Source: Marsupella aquatica
Taxonomy: Eukaryota > Plantae > Marchantiophyta
Direction: 5' to 3'
Assembly: GCA_973895155.1 (NCBI GenBank)
Contig: OZ316892.1
Span: 29,766,932 to 29,830,931 of the forward strand
Length of the DNA: 64,000 bases
Part shown: in pieces, positions 62,884 to 64,000 of the stretch
Layout: every line of letters starts with the position of its first letter
How positions within the stretch are numbered: position 1 is the stretch's first letter
Made by a program: the position numbers and the translations under genes
Notes under the pieces: model-generated
The model's input: only the letters and a program-made list of their open reading frames with translations
What the model was told of the DNA's origin: nothing
Database searches by the model: none

Positions 62884-64000
62884 TCAGATCCACAAAGTTT
62901 CCTCACTCTCTGAATCCGAAATGGTTTGGATACGCTCATTGTTCTTTGACGCTTGTTGTTCTTGGATATTGTGACCTATACCCTGAGGTGACAAGCGTCC
63001 TACAAAAGCCTCAATTGCTGGTGCAAGGTGTGAAAACACCTCCTTCAAAGTCGCAATTCTGGACTCTTCAAAATTCCAGGCAGAGGGAACGGGGTATCTG
63101 CCACTGGAGTTATACTCCTCCAACTCCATTAAAGCTGTTGTGACAGAGTTGTACACTCGAATACCATATTTTTTCTTCAAAGACGATAACTGCTCATTTT
63201 CATGGTCGATTTCTTGCTACACTCCACAACAGGCCAGCGTTAGCACGAGGGCCAAAGACAATCCAGGTAAGTAGATAAGTACATTTGATTTCAAAGAAGG
63301 AATTTCAAAATCAGCTACAGGTCATCCTGTGAAGCTACGCAGTACAGAGACCCGTTTAGACGTATCTGAACACAGAGTGGTAAACTTTTATACAAGAGTT
63401 ACCTTCCACTTGCCGTCTTCAATCTCAACATTTTCAAACGGCTGAAAGTTGGGATTTCGTACAATGCCTTCCCACTTCGACAGCTCCTCCTTCATCTCCA
63501 TTTCCCAATTGTCGCCAGACTTAGATTTTCTCTTAAATTCTGCTGCCCAGGGAGTCTGATTTATGGAGCCCACGATCTTGAATCGAATGACAGGCGGTTT
63601 CAGTTTGCCGAGGCCTTTGTTTTTGCGAGCTTTTCCAATTAGCCGCTTCGCCTCCGTTGAATCTACAGCTTGCACCATCTGATAAAAACCGTTTTCCAGG
63701 GTGAGATCATCATGCAATTGCAAGGATACCAATTCAAAGGCAGTGGCGCGATATCCAAATCATACCTCAGCAGCCATTTTGCGAGCTTCGGAAAGCTCAT
63801 CATTGGACTTGTGAGCCATTACAGTGAGGGTGTTAATCGTGTTCTGGAGAACTTCGAGGTCTTCTGCTTGAGAGTCCTCCTTTGCGACTTTCTGAAACAT
63901 GCTTCCAGCCTGAATCCACTTGTTTAGTTGCTGCTTTTGCAATTCAAACTTTTGGTCTCTTGCAAGCCGGAGTTGATTCTTTCGTGCCTCTTCAGCTAAT
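62884..64000 (-). CDS. XH-domain protein, copy 3 (5' end beyond the window)
   Basis: KWEGIVRNPNFQPFENVE; ALMELEEYNSSGRYPVPSAWNFEESRIATLKEV. Confidence 0.85.

Overview
Eukaryotic, intron-containing, transposon-rich land-plant DNA, probably a liverwort or other bryophyte (inferred from the type III PKS). The left half (1-31 kb) is a nest of mobile elements: a decayed Ty3/gypsy chromovirus whose LTRs end in non-canonical 5'-AGT...ACT-3', solo LTRs, MITEs with 8-bp TSDs, and two related DNA transposons with AACAC...GTGTT termini and 4-bp TSDs. The standout is the larger one, a 16,073-bp element (12109-28181, TSD TTCT). It encodes a Sola-like DDD transposase. Convergent to it, I reconstruct a spliced ~1,270-aa fusion gene: unknown N-terminal domain, ParB/Srx-like domain, beta-class N4-C/N6-A DNA methyltransferase and Ulp1/C48 protease. 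The element also carries F-box-like and coiled-coil cargo ORFs and about 20 copies of a ~40-bp palindrome, often in ~90-bp-period arrays. This copy is pseudogenised by stops and frameshifts. The right half holds an intronless type III polyketide synthase, a Ty1/copia relic, and a tandemly duplicated host block (receptor-like kinase, U-box protein, XH-domain protein). All calls come from reading the sequence and motifs by eye; no database searches were run.
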